From: a virus
Length of the DNA: 64,000 bases
IMG/VR virus record: IMGVR_UViG_3300025870_000010
Coordinates: 1 to 64,000 of that record
Direction: 5' to 3' (one strand)
Positions 19,214-29,368 of this stretch are shown one piece after another (positions within the stretch are counted from its first letter, which is position 1; every line of letters starts with the position of its first letter). Made by a program: the position numbers and the translations under genes. The notes beneath the pieces were generated by a model. The model searched no databases. It saw only the letters and a program-made list of their open reading frames with translations, and was not told the DNA's origin.

Positions 19214-20239
19214 CTACATTAATTCATCATCTAAGATACCTTCTTCTATGAATAAACCTTTGATTCCAGTAGGTAATTCTATATTTGCTTCTATTGGGTC
19301 ACCGCATTTAGTACAGGGTTTCAGCATTTTTTCTTTTACCGAAATTGCAGCTAATTCAACTAACTTAGTAAAAGTTAAGAATTTCTTTTCATTCCATCGT
19401 ATGAATTCCATTCTATAATTAGACATATCATCAATTGAAAATCCTCTCCATTCTTCTACCATATAGGGAACAGTTTTTAAGAAAGGTAGATATTCTTTAA
19501 CATTTTCTTTGTTTTCTTGTAATGATTTGATATATTTATTTATTACTCTCATAATACCAATTGTCGGTGGTCTCATATTGATGATACCATAAGTCTTGGT
19601 TTCTATGTCAAATCTTCTAGTATCATCGGAATAATACTTGGCAATCTTTTCGTTGAGTTCTCTCTTTTGAAAATTCTCATTGATAATTTCCATATCATTT
19701 TCTGTATTGCAAGATTCACATTTAGCTTTGAATGAGATTTTATTTTCTCCTTCTGCAAATGTAAGTTGTCTAATACTTAAAATAAGACTTAAACGATCTT
19801 CTTCTAAGATATCTTTCCAGGATGCAACTTTACTAGGAAATGAAACCCTAACACAATTACTAAGTAAATCTACTAATGCTTCATCAACTTCATATGGATT
19901 TTCTTCATCAAGTGCTGAAAAAGTTCTAATATCTTTAACCGTTGCCGATTTAATTCTTACTTTAGTTCCTCTAGGATAGAATCTACCTTTAGATGGAAAT
20001 TCAGTAACATCTACCGAAAAGAATCCATGTCTTAATTCTGTTTGTTCAACAGATTCTTTAGCATAATCAGCTCTTTCTATTTTACCTAATGATTTTATTT
20101 TAGGTTCTTCTTTAGGTGCCTCAGTTGCTGCATTTTCTAAATCAGATATACCTTGCTTTTCTTGTGAACTTTCTTTAGGTTGATTGTCCATTTCACGCAA
20201 AGCTCTTTCTTCTGGTGTTAAATCGTTGTTATCGCTCAT
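19214..20239 (-). CDS. baseplate hub assembly protein (gp26-like)
   Basis: FPSKGRFY, TVKD, DRLSLILSIRQLTF, CESC and CTKC zinc motifs, MRPPT, GIKGLF. Confidence 0.7.
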   Translation of the reverse strand: MSDNNDLTPEERALREMDNQPKESSQEKQGISDLENAATEAPKEEPKIKSLGKIERADYAKESVEQTELRHGFFSVDVTEFPSKGRFYPRGTKVRIKSATVKDIRTFSALDEENPYEVDEALVDLLSNCVRVSFPSKVASWKDILEEDRLSLILSIRQLTFAEGENKISFKAKCESCNTENDMEIINENFQKRELNEKIAKYYSDDTRRFDIETKTYGIINMRPPTIGIMRVINKYIKSLQENKENVKEYLPFLKTVPYMVEEWRGFSIDDMSNYRMEFIRWNEKKFLTFTKLVELAAISVKEKMLKPCTKCGDPIEANIELPTGIKGLFIEEGILDDELM

Positions 20240-20268
20240 ATTATAAAATTTAATGTATTTTATTTAAT

Positions 20269-20619
20269 CTAGGTATTAAAGTCTTTTTTAGTTACATTTA
20301 AAGTTTCTTCTGTACCTAAAACTCTTAATGTATATATATTACGGTCAGTATCTACACTTACAATTTTACCGAATTTCTTCCGACCTCGTATATAACATAC
20401 CATACCCTTTATTATTTGAGTATCATCAGAAACTAATTCCATATTTTCATCAAGTTCTATTAAGTGTTCTAAAAAAGAATTTTGTGTTTGAACAATACTG
20501 ATTAAGGTTTTTAAACATTCCTTTACGAATTCACTATCAATATCTTTATTCGTACAATTTTCTAAGTTTTGTAGTAACTTTTTAGTTGTATCAAAATATG
20601 TTATTTTTTTCTTATCCAT
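20269..20619 (-). CDS. hypothetical protein with C-terminal KOW/SH3-like segment
   Basis: GMVCYIRGRKKFGKIVSVD. Confidence 0.55.
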   Translation of the reverse strand: MDKKKITYFDTTKKLLQNLENCTNKDIDSEFVKECLKTLISIVQTQNSFLEHLIELDENMELVSDDTQIIKGMVCYIRGRKKFGKIVSVDTDRNIYTLRVLGTEETLNVTKKDFNT

Positions 20620-20906
20620 TAATAAAATGTCATACTAAGACAGTTGTCTTCTATTGTTAATTTATTTAATATCTTATCAAATCCGTTTATCTTTACATCT
20701 AGGTCTTTAACGCCGCTACTTCTGGTATAAATAGGAAATTCACTTTTAAGTAATTCTATTTTATTATCACCAAAGGTAAAAACTAAAATATCATTAGATG
20801 TTGATACTTCCTTTTCCATTTTCACTGTTAAGTCGTTGTAATTCATGCTCAGTGGATTCAACGTTATTTGACATTCTTTTAATGTCAGTATTTCCTGCGT
20901 TTCCAT
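20619..20906 (-). CDS. hypothetical protein (start uncertain)
   Basis: Overlaps the GT gene by 113 bp; true start may be a later Met. Confidence 0.45.
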   Translation of the reverse strand: METQEILTLKECQITLNPLSMNYNDLTVKMEKEVSTSNDILVFTFGDNKIELLKSEFPIYTRSSGVKDLDVKINGFDKILNKLTIEDNCLSMTFY

Positions 20907-22023
20907 CGCTTTTTGCTTTTTTTAATGCGTATTTAAAATATTTTAATGCTTTTTCTTTTTGTCCAGTATAATATAACGAAACTCCGTACATATCATAAAC
21001 TCCCCATTCATACATAAAAGGTTCTATGAACAATTCTCCTTTTAAACCTTCTTTAATGTATTTCAATGCCAATTTTAAGTATATTAATGCATTTTTATGC
21101 ATATTATTTGCCTGTAAAAATGATGTCATGTTGAATAGGTGTTCTACTCTATTTGTCATATTAAATTCTTCACATTTAAGTAGATGCTGAAATATAAATT
21201 CTTGTGTGTTTATGTGATAACTCAATCGAGCAATCATCAATTGTGAATAATATATTTCTTCTATAAAATGTGTTTTTACTTTAGTTCTTTCTGTATAGTA
21301 CTGAATTGATTTTCTACATAACTTTAAACCGTGTTCATCTTTTTCATCTTTTTGTAAAAGAATATTTGCAGCATCCCTATAAGATTGTGCTAAATAAAAA
21401 GTCCATCTTGGGTCTTTCCAGTCATTATCATCTTGATACTTTAAAAGAATTTCAGCGTGTCCTTCATATTTTTTAGAAACATCATCCATTTGCCAAGAAT
21501 TTCCATCTGGGGTAATCAACATATGACCAAAATCAATTTTTACATTTTTAGAATGATTTTTTGATTGTAGAACTTCGTGTACTGGCCCATACCAATAATA
21601 ATCATTATCGAACCTATAAAATTGCGCACGAGAATATCGCATACCACCATATTTACATGGTATAAGCATTTGGTCAGGTTTGTTTATCCCTATGAATTGG
21701 TTTAGTGTAGTTTTGTTAAATGTCTTATCTAAAACAAGTTGTTCATCTGCATCCATCCAAAATCCATATTGTCCTAAATCCTTTGCGTGTTCTATGCTTT
21801 GATTTCTACATTCTTCAAAGTTAGTGAACTCAAAATCTATTATCTTACCACCAATTCCTTTAGAATCGAAAAAAGTTTTTATGATTTCTTTTGTTTTGTC
21901 TGTTGATCCAGTATCTACTATGCAATAAGAATCAATCATTTTATAGCAAGAATTCAGAGCACGTTCAATTACGTGCTCTTCATCTTTTACTATCATAGTT
22001 AATACTATTTTAGTTTCAGTCAT
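20794..22023 (-). CDS. family 2 glycosyltransferase with C-terminal TPR repeats
   Basis: LTMIVKDEEHVIERAL, VDTGSTDKT, F..CRN, WMDADE, GPVHE, DPRWTFYLAQSYRD, then TPR-like helices. Confidence 0.92.
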   Translation of the reverse strand: MTETKIVLTMIVKDEEHVIERALNSCYKMIDSYCIVDTGSTDKTKEIIKTFFDSKGIGGKIIDFEFTNFEECRNQSIEHAKDLGQYGFWMDADEQLVLDKTFNKTTLNQFIGINKPDQMLIPCKYGGMRYSRAQFYRFDNDYYWYGPVHEVLQSKNHSKNVKIDFGHMLITPDGNSWQMDDVSKKYEGHAEILLKYQDDNDWKDPRWTFYLAQSYRDAANILLQKDEKDEHGLKLCRKSIQYYTERTKVKTHFIEEIYYSQLMIARLSYHINTQEFIFQHLLKCEEFNMTNRVEHLFNMTSFLQANNMHKNALIYLKLALKYIKEGLKGELFIEPFMYEWGVYDMYGVSLYYTGQKEKALKYFKYALKKAKSDGNAGNTDIKRMSNNVESTEHELQRLNSENGKGSINI

Positions 22024-22026
22024 CTA

Positions 22027-22260
22027 CTAATCTTTAGTAGGTTCTAAAATAACTTCAGTTGGTTCCGTTGTTGGTTCCGAAGGTGCTTGTTCTTGCTCTT
22101 TTGCATAAGCATTTAAGAGTTTAAGAGATTGAGAAATGTAATCTAAATCTTCCCATTCGAAAATTCCAGCTCTTCTACCTTGTTCTGCAGCCTGCATAAG
22201 TACAGAAATTGCCTGATTTAAATTTGAAACAGTTCCTGCTTCTTGTTTTGCTTCACTCAT
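22027..22260 (-). CDS. hypothetical protein
   Basis: 77-aa ORF. Confidence 0.6.
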   Translation of the reverse strand: MSEAKQEAGTVSNLNQAISVLMQAAEQGRRAGIFEWEDLDYISQSLKLLNAYAKEQEQAPSEPTTEPTEVILEPTKD

Positions 22261-22292
22261 TTGTATATGTATTAAAAATTAAAAATTAAAAA

Positions 22293-23357
22293 TTAAATCG
22301 CAAACATTATGTTTACATCTAGATTATTTACTTTCGCTGTAATCTTACCTTTAAAGGTTTTAGATTCCATTATAAATAAACTATTCAACTTAAACGTTAC
22401 GGGCATATTAGTATCTAATTCAGATACCGTTCCTGTAAAGGAATTTATATTGGTGCTCGTGTACCCTATTGCCGATGGCATTGAAATATTACTATTGTTA
22501 TAAATATAGTTTGTTTCGGACCACTCTATTAGTTCAATGATATTATAAGCCGTTTTATTTTTTACAATGTCACTTATTTTCTTATCTAATTTAACAATAA
22601 CCCATTTTCCGAGCGTATCATTAAAAATAAACAAGATATATTCATTATCTAATTTTGTATATGCGTAATAGTCTAACTTACATTTATATTCATTATCTGC
22701 AGCACTTGACTTAATTATCAAGTTATTGTTTTCAAGATATCCAGTAAAAGAATAGTTATATACTCCTTTTGCTACTGCTGTTGCGCCACCAACGACACAA
22801 GTTCCGGTTGCCCCTGTTATTCCTATTGCAGCTGATGTTGCTCCTGTTCCACCACAACTGGCAACATCTATGCAAGTACAACCAGCCCATCCAGTAACTC
22901 CGGCTGCTGTTGGTCCGTGTGAACAATCGAATAATAGTGCATTATCAGAAAAAATAGTTTTAGTATCAAGAGCGTATGTTGTATATTGATCCATTTCAAA
23001 ATCTAATAATACTTCTGATGTAGATGTAGAACCGGCATTACAACCACAATTACTTGCCAATGAATTATTTGCCGGCAAACAAGCACTCGTTAAATCAATA
23101 GAACTATCCGTTGCTTTAATTGTACTACCAGTACTCGTATTACTATTCCTTGCCCTAACAGCAATAAATTTATAAGGGGTAGTTATTGCAATTTCATCGC
23201 CTTTATTCAATAGACCGTTCCAAGTTGTCCAATTAGTAACACTTGGTAAATAATCCTTTAAAGTTAATCTTAAATCACTTGCAACAGTATCTCCATTGGA
23301 CACTATACTAGGTCCATTTTCGTCTATTTTTATTATGCATTTTTTAGTACTTGACAT
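22293..23357 (-). CDS. Cys/Thr/Gly-rich hypothetical protein, possibly structural
   Basis: CGC, CTC, GTGAT and TGATG low-complexity core. Confidence 0.55.
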   Translation of the reverse strand: MSSTKKCIIKIDENGPSIVSNGDTVASDLRLTLKDYLPSVTNWTTWNGLLNKGDEIAITTPYKFIAVRARNSNTSTGSTIKATDSSIDLTSACLPANNSLASNCGCNAGSTSTSEVLLDFEMDQYTTYALDTKTIFSDNALLFDCSHGPTAAGVTGWAGCTCIDVASCGGTGATSAAIGITGATGTCVVGGATAVAKGVYNYSFTGYLENNNLIIKSSAADNEYKCKLDYYAYTKLDNEYILFIFNDTLGKWVIVKLDKKISDIVKNKTAYNIIELIEWSETNYIYNNSNISMPSAIGYTSTNINSFTGTVSELDTNMPVTFKLNSLFIMESKTFKGKITAKVNNLDVNIMFAI

Positions 23358-23367
23358 TTAACTTATA

Positions 23368-24006
23368 TTATTTTTCTCCTATTGAATTAACAACTTTTTC
23401 AGCGTCATCAATAACATCTTCTAATTTACTGTGATTCTTCTTATTATTTAATTCATCAGAATTTCTCTTTTTTCTAAAGGATTGTAATATAACATCGGAC
23501 TTTTCAGCATTCGTATGAATTTCTGTATCTTCGGTTGCGTTATTCGTATGAATTTCTGTATCCTCCGTTACAGGAACTTCTTCTTTAGGTGCAAGATAGT
23601 CCATTAATGATTTAATGAATCCTAACGAAACTAAAGGTAAGATACCACCACTAATAAAAGAAAAAACTCTTTTTGTAAAATCTGGGTCCTCATCAACCAG
23701 ATCGAAAAGTTTTGCCCATTCAGAAATGTTACCACTATGTGACCATGCCCAATACATATTTCCGTGTATTTGAAATGTTGTTAGTAATATGAACAGAATC
23801 CAAATAAGAGTTTTGTTTCCTTTAGAAATGATAATACCACCTAATGATGCCATTGCTCCTATTTCAAATCCGATTGCTAAACACCAGGATAAAAACAAAT
23901 TGTTTGACAATTCAAAGAATTCTATACTGTGTATTGTACTTACGGTACTAACAAGTACCCATAAACTAATAAAAGTTCCTATCCAAAATTTTTCTTTAAT
24001 GTTCAT
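23368..24006 (-). CDS. membrane protein
   Basis: Four hydrophobic segments, then a charged tail with duplicated TEDTEIHTN. Confidence 0.65.
   Translation of the reverse strand: MNIKEKFWIGTFISLWVLVSTVSTIHSIEFFELSNNLFLSWCLAIGFEIGAMASLGGIIISKGNKTLIWILFILLTTFQIHGNMYWAWSHSGNISEWAKLFDLVDEDPDFTKRVFSFISGGILPLVSLGFIKSLMDYLAPKEEVPVTEDTEIHTNNATEDTEIHTNAEKSDVILQSFRKKRNSDELNNKKNHSKLEDVIDDAEKVVNSIGEK
23509..23562. repeat. 21-bp direct repeat, 33-bp period
   Basis: attcgtatgaatttctgtatc occurs twice, within the duplicated TEDTEIHTN. Confidence 0.8.
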
Positions 24007-24008
24007 AT

Positions 24009-24452
24009 CTATACTTTAGTAGTTTCCAGCATTTTGGAAAACTTCTTTAGATATTTAATCAAATCTTTTTCGTAATATTTAAGTAAAACATCAAATTCCT
24101 TTGTTCCTATTTTACTTATTTGCATAAAACTTTTAGAAACTTCTTTATCAACTTTACTTTTTGCTTTTTTCTTTGCTCCTGCCATTGAAACTCTTAGAAC
24201 TCTCCTGATATATGCCAGCATTTTCATACCTTGACCGGACTTATTCATATCAAGAAATGCTTGATTCCAAAAATCAACCGTACTTTCGGGACAAACTCGC
24301 ATATGTGTCATATTGAATGAAACTTCGGGCAAAGCCCTGGATAACATTCTATTAACAATGAAGGCATGTCTTTTTTTATCCATATTAGAAATGTCGGCAA
24401 ATTGTTCTTTTCCTAATTGTCCTATTATATCAAACGGTGATTTTACTATCAT
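24009..24452 (-). CDS. clamp loader small subunit (gp62-like)
   Basis: SPFDII..AFIVNRMLS motif; same operon as gp44. Confidence 0.6.
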   Translation of the reverse strand: MIVKSPFDIIGQLGKEQFADISNMDKKRHAFIVNRMLSRALPEVSFNMTHMRVCPESTVDFWNQAFLDMNKSGQGMKMLAYIRRVLRVSMAGAKKKAKSKVDKEVSKSFMQISKIGTKEFDVLLKYYEKDLIKYLKKFSKMLETTKV

Positions 24453-25642
24453 AATCCTAATTCTTTAAAGATACTTGCACTACTTGAATTGTCGTGTGCT
24501 TTCTTGTCATATAGTTTCATAGACATTAAAAGCTGTTTATAGTTAAATTGTTTTTGTACTTCGCATTTTTTCTTTTTATAAGTTTCTTCTGACCAATTAA
24601 AAATATCATTGTACAAATAAGATGGGATAGTATCCTTGTGTAACAATACAAGATTTATATTAACATCTACATTATTTTCAACATCTTCAATAGAGTACTT
24701 GTTTTGAGATTTAAAATTTCTAATAGCAGAACTTGCTAGTTTTCTTTTGAAATCAGTACGAAACAAATCTTCCACATTGAATTTAGAAAAATCAATTTCT
24801 TTCTTTATGTTTTTTATAGTTGCGTCCGCAATCCCTGTGTTAAACCATTGGCCAGCTTTTTTGGCCTTGGGTCCATATTGTCTAGCTTCACTTATAATAG
24901 GAACTATATTATCAGATACATCACCACCTAAAACCTTTTCAATAACTATTTCGAATGGATCAACTACTGATAACTTAGAACTTGTATTATTAACTACTGA
25001 ACGAAGACAATCAACGGCATAAGTCTTTTGATTTTCTTTTAAGTACAATGCAGTATCTCTATCAATCCAAATTTTTCTATTTTGTTTTTGATATTGAATA
25101 GTAAACGTATTTTTACTTTTATCAAATCCTACACATTGCTTTAAATCCCCATCACCAGAATAAATTATCGTACTTTTACCTTGTGTATTCAAGTAGCTAC
25201 AATGTACAAAAATTAAATCATCAGCTTCACAACCTGGAATTGCCTTAAAGTTTAGATTACAACTAATTGCCAATCCTTTAACAAATGAATCAAACACATT
25301 AAAGATACTAGAAAAATCAATACCTTTATCTTTCTTTCTATTACCTTTATATGATAATCCGGTTTGAATTCCTTTATAATCTTTAGTAAGATACAAATCT
25401 TTTCTCCAAGAATTAGAATCATCTATTGTAAATATAACATCATCTATGATTGGACCCAAACTTCTAATATCCTTTGCATAAATCTGCGCTAACTTTTCTA
25501 ATAAAAAGTTAGTATCCTTTCTAAGAGTTTCTTCGTTGTTACCTTTCAAGAACATTTCATTATTCTTAGAAAACAATTTCATAACACTTAGTGTAGAATA
25601 TAATAGGTAATTCCCATCAATTACTAGAGTAAATTTATTCAT
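24449..25642 (-). CDS. rnh: 5'-3' exonuclease / T4-type RNase H (FEN family)
   Basis: LVIDGN, SWRK, YKGNR, EADD, SGDGDLKQ, GDVSDNI; start set at ATG 25642, coupled to the gp44 stop. Confidence 0.88.
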   Translation of the reverse strand: MNKFTLVIDGNYLLYSTLSVMKLFSKNNEMFLKGNNEETLRKDTNFLLEKLAQIYAKDIRSLGPIIDDVIFTIDDSNSWRKDLYLTKDYKGIQTGLSYKGNRKKDKGIDFSSIFNVFDSFVKGLAISCNLNFKAIPGCEADDLIFVHCSYLNTQGKSTIIYSGDGDLKQCVGFDKSKNTFTIQYQKQNRKIWIDRDTALYLKENQKTYAVDCLRSVVNNTSSKLSVVDPFEIVIEKVLGGDVSDNIVPIISEARQYGPKAKKAGQWFNTGIADATIKNIKKEIDFSKFNVEDLFRTDFKRKLASSAIRNFKSQNKYSIEDVENNVDVNINLVLLHKDTIPSYLYNDIFNWSEETYKKKKCEVQKQFNYKQLLMSMKLYDKKAHDNSSSASIFKELGL

Positions 25643-26588
25643 TGACAATTTTTTTAATTTTTTGTAAACAAGCCGATAAGGTAACAAATTTATCAATTAC
25701 GAAATTAGATTTATATGTGTAGTCGGCAACCTCTACAATTATACTTCCTATTTTATTTGATTCAGCACCTTTATTAATCAAAAAATCAATAAAATCTTTT
25801 CCTAGCGATGCAAACACGTTGTCTTCGTTGTTTACATAGTTTTTGTATGCAAAGGTATAAAGGTCTATAAAAGATTCACCAGAATTGATTAGGTGCTCGA
25901 ATAACTCTTTATTTTCACCAGTAAATGATTTTAAATCTTCTAAGGTAATAGTTTTCTTACCTTCTTCGTACATTCCTTGTAAAAAAGTAATTGTGCTTCT
26001 TAAATCTGGGAAATGTTTTTTAACGATTGCACCCATAACTTTAGGTTCAACAGTCATTCCTTCTTTTTTACATATTTGATTGAAACGAATTAGATATTTT
26101 TTCATCAAATCTCGCTCTTCTTCTTTTGGAAAGTCAAAGTTTATTACATCAAACCTTGATTGAATATTGTCAGGTATTTTTTGAATGTAATTACAAGTTG
26201 CAATAAATCTAGTTGTACCGGCAAATGTTTCAATTACAGCTCTCATTGCTTTCATATATTGCTCAGATACTCCATCGAACTCATCTAATAGTACAACCTT
26301 TTGCGCTTTCTTTCCGTGCAATATTGAAATATTCGAACAGAATTCTGTTATTTTAGTTCTAACACTATCAACACTTGTATCAAGTGAACAGTTGATTTCT
26401 AAACTAACAGCATCTTTAGAAATAATTTTACCTAAACTAGTTTTACCTAATCCTGGACTACCGTGTAATAAAACGTGATTGTTTAATTTACCTCCTTCGA
26501 ACTTTTTATAAACTCTTTCCGGAATAATTAAGTCATCTAATGTTGCTGGGCGGTACTTTTCTACCCAAATGTTGTTTTTTATACTCAT
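25635..26588 (-). CDS. gp44: clamp loader large subunit (gp44/RFC)
   Basis: WVEKYRP, GSPGLGKT, LLDEFD, ATCNY, IQSRF, HFPDLR. Confidence 0.95.
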   Translation of the reverse strand: MSIKNNIWVEKYRPATLDDLIIPERVYKKFEGGKLNNHVLLHGSPGLGKTSLGKIISKDAVSLEINCSLDTSVDSVRTKITEFCSNISILHGKKAQKVVLLDEFDGVSEQYMKAMRAVIETFAGTTRFIATCNYIQKIPDNIQSRFDVINFDFPKEEERDLMKKYLIRFNQICKKEGMTVEPKVMGAIVKKHFPDLRSTITFLQGMYEEGKKTITLEDLKSFTGENKELFEHLINSGESFIDLYTFAYKNYVNNEDNVFASLGKDFIDFLINKGAESNKIGSIIVEVADYTYKSNFVIDKFVTLSACLQKIKKIVNE

Positions 26589-26634
26589 ATTAAATATTTT
26601 ATATCATAAAGATTATACACTAATTAAAAACAAA

Positions 26635-27294
26635 ATGGCATCGAAATATTTTATAGATACGCAAAAAATTACAATAAACGATAAAAACTACGTACCTAAT
26701 GTATTTCCAAATACTTGGTTTGTGCAAGAACCTATTGATATAGAACACAAACATTGGAAATTACTTGCATATCTAAAAAGAATTGATAATAATGTAAATA
26801 GAGGATTTTTGTTTCAAGAATACGAAACATTAGAAAAAAGATACAAAGATTTAGAATCTTTCATATCTACCTACGAAATAGTAAACAAAGACAAACAAAG
26901 TGAAAAACTTTTTGATTATATTTATGAACTAGATGGTACAACCCCAAAAATAAAAGAGTTAGATGTTATCGTAGAAAGAAGTGTAGAAAAACTTAGAGCT
27001 AAGTATTTTGAATTGCAAGTTGTTATAACATTTCTTAAAGACAATATAAAAATTGTTCGTAAAGAAATTAGAGATCGAAGAAAGAATTTACATATGTACA
27101 TAGAGATGTGCAATTGTTCTATTATTGAACACTATATTATATCAAAAAAAGGAATTGTAGAATATCAAGGTTCTTTTCATTCTGAATTAAAATATGTAGA
27201 AGATGAAATAAACAATGTTATTGAGGTCAAAACAGATATGGCATTAAATTCTAAGGGTATTATAATTCCTTATGTACTTAAACTTATGTTATAA
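26635..27294 (+). CDS. hypothetical protein
   Basis: Plus-strand ORF, probable ATG at 26635, ATTAAATA upstream. Confidence 0.6.
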   Translation: MASKYFIDTQKITINDKNYVPNVFPNTWFVQEPIDIEHKHWKLLAYLKRIDNNVNRGFLFQEYETLEKRYKDLESFISTYEIVNKDKQSEKLFDYIYELDGTTPKIKELDVIVERSVEKLRAKYFELQVVITFLKDNIKIVRKEIRDRRKNLHMYIEMCNCSIIEHYIISKKGIVEYQGSFHSELKYVEDEINNVIEVKTDMALNSKGIIIPYVLKLML

Positions 27295-27925
27295 TAGAGT
27301 TATATACCTTTTCAATATTTCTTAATTTAGCTGTATAGCTGGTTTTTAATCCTTTATCAACAGATTTGTCCGTATCGTAAAGTGATTTCTCTCGTCTTAT
27401 GAGTTTAGAAAACATTTTTCTTTGATGTTCTTTGTTGATTATGTAAAAATCTTGTTTGAATTTAGAAAATTCGTGGTCGTGCAGTCTTTTATCGAATATT
27501 CCTTTTTTATTGATATAATGATCTTCAATACATTTTCCACAAAGAACATTTTTTAATTTAAAATCTCCTAAAAAAGAAATTGTAGGTTCGTTGCATCTTA
27601 TACATTTATATTCGATAGTATTTGCAGTCCAATAGTATTCGTCTTTAGATAGTACTATATTTGCATCTATTAATGGTATATAACTAGGATAAAAAGGGAA
27701 TAACCGCTTTGGTTGATTCCCTGTAATTTTGTTTATAAAAAATTTATCCTTTTGAATTAACATATTACAAAACAAATCGTCATCAAAGTATTTTCTTGCA
27801 AATTTATTATTTACAAATACTTTTTTTTCTTGAAAAGTTGCTTTATCTAATAATATTCTTTGATATAGTCTATCAGAACTAAATCCTTTTCTTACAGTCT
27901 TTCTCCTATTAAGTTTTCTAAGCAT
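27284..27925 (-). CDS. hypothetical basic protein with zinc ribbon
   Basis: CIRC and CGKC pairs. Confidence 0.6.
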   Translation of the reverse strand: MLRKLNRRKTVRKGFSSDRLYQRILLDKATFQEKKVFVNNKFARKYFDDDLFCNMLIQKDKFFINKITGNQPKRLFPFYPSYIPLIDANIVLSKDEYYWTANTIEYKCIRCNEPTISFLGDFKLKNVLCGKCIEDHYINKKGIFDKRLHDHEFSKFKQDFYIINKEHQRKMFSKLIRREKSLYDTDKSVDKGLKTSYTAKLRNIEKVYNSIIT

Positions 27926-29286
27926 TTAATTTCTTCGTTAAGTGATTGTAAATCATAGAAAAATGATAATGGTAATGTGTTGTTTTCTTTTAATTGTTTT
28001 TCTAATTTGACAATCTTAGAATCTATATTAACAATACCTTTTTTAAATCCTTCTTTCTTTTCTGGGTTTTTAATACTATCTTTTCTTAGGTTATTCTTTT
28101 TTGTTGTTAGGTCATCTATTTGTTTTTTAATCTTTTCGTTCTTTTTATCTTTTATTTCAGCTTCTGCGTTTGCTTTGGCAGCTTCCGCTTCAATTTTTTC
28201 AGTATCAGCTTTTGTTTTTTCAGTTTCGGCCTTTACGGTTTCTGTATCGGTTTCAATCTTTTCGGCTTTTGTTTCTTCTGGTGTATCTGTCTTTTCTTCT
28301 GTTTCTGTTCCTGTTCCAGCAGTTGCACCTTTTTCCTCCGTTTCTGCATCTTCAGTTTCATCGTTTTGATTTGATGCTTCCTCTTCGTCTTTCTTTTTCT
28401 TTGCGTCTTCTTTATCTTTTTCTATTGCTTCTTTTTCTGCCGTTTCTGCTGCTTTTAATTTTTCTTCCCTTGCAGTTTTTTGTTCTGGGGTTTCATTTTC
28501 AGGAGCAACTTTTAGTTCTTTTACCTTTTCGGTTGCATTTTTCGTAGCATCGGATGGTTCAGGGTTATCAGTAGTTTCTTCGTTTTCGGTTTCTTCAGTT
28601 GAATTTTTGTTTTTTGCTTCTTGTGCCAATCTTTCTTCTTCTTTTTTCTTGGCTTCTTCATCAGCTTTTTTAATATCGTCTTCTAAAGTACTTTGGTCTC
28701 TTTTTATCTGTTCAACATCATCTACATAACCTTTGAGTTTTGCTAAACTAACATCGGCTTTTTTACCCATCAAAAAAAGTTTTATTTTGTATGCGTTTTC
28801 GGCAAAGGCATCTACTTTTTGTAGAATCTTTGAATCCCTTTTTAAATCATCTAGTTGTTTTTTGATTTGGTCTAAAGATTTTACTTGTGCTTCGTATTTA
28901 GATAATTCAGTTTTTCTGAATTTACTTCGTTTATCTCTATCTAAATTATCAATTTTATTAGATGCTGCAACGTAACTTTTTGCGGCTTTTTCAAGACCTT
29001 TGTAATATTTTCTTATATTCTTTTTACCTCTTAAAAAATTAATAACATTTTTTACAAGTTCTTCGTTTAAAACGTGCATTGATAATTCTTCTGCTTCTAA
29101 AATTAATTCAAAGGTTTGTGATTCAAATATTTGAGATTCACTAATTCCATCTCCCATTCCTACATTTAATATATACATATAAGTAGCAACAAATGCTTTC
29201 CTTTGTTCTTCTGATAAATGATTTAGATACGCTTGTAAAAAATTAGTATCTTGATTTGTTAAATTCGTATTTTGCATTATTTCCAT
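27892..29286 (-). CDS. charged low-complexity late protein, probably head-associated
   Basis: Own late promoter at 29306-29314; Glu/Lys/Thr-rich; ISE, IFE, ILE and LNE sites at both ends. Confidence 0.6.
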   Translation of the reverse strand: MEIMQNTNLTNQDTNFLQAYLNHLSEEQRKAFVATYMYILNVGMGDGISESQIFESQTFELILEAEELSMHVLNEELVKNVINFLRGKKNIRKYYKGLEKAAKSYVAASNKIDNLDRDKRSKFRKTELSKYEAQVKSLDQIKKQLDDLKRDSKILQKVDAFAENAYKIKLFLMGKKADVSLAKLKGYVDDVEQIKRDQSTLEDDIKKADEEAKKKEEERLAQEAKNKNSTEETENEETTDNPEPSDATKNATEKVKELKVAPENETPEQKTAREEKLKAAETAEKEAIEKDKEDAKKKKDEEEASNQNDETEDAETEEKGATAGTGTETEEKTDTPEETKAEKIETDTETVKAETEKTKADTEKIEAEAAKANAEAEIKDKKNEKIKKQIDDLTTKKNNLRKDSIKNPEKKEGFKKGIVNIDSKIVKLEKQLKENNTLPLSFFYDLQSLNEEIKCLENLIGERL

Positions 29287-29316
29287 TTGACAATATTTCT
29301 TTTAATATTTAATCAT

Positions 29317-29347
29317 AAAAAAAGGGAACCAAAAATGATTCCCTTTT
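29317..29347 (-). terminator. terminator after the capsid gene
   Basis: aaaagggaa-ccaaaaatga-ttccctttt. Confidence 0.8.
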
Positions 29348-29368
29348 AATATTAATATAGTTAGACTA

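Noticed and set aside
20794-20906. 113-bp gene overlap as a programmed frameshift
   Set aside because: Later in-frame Met codons give a simpler explanation, and no slippery site was recognised
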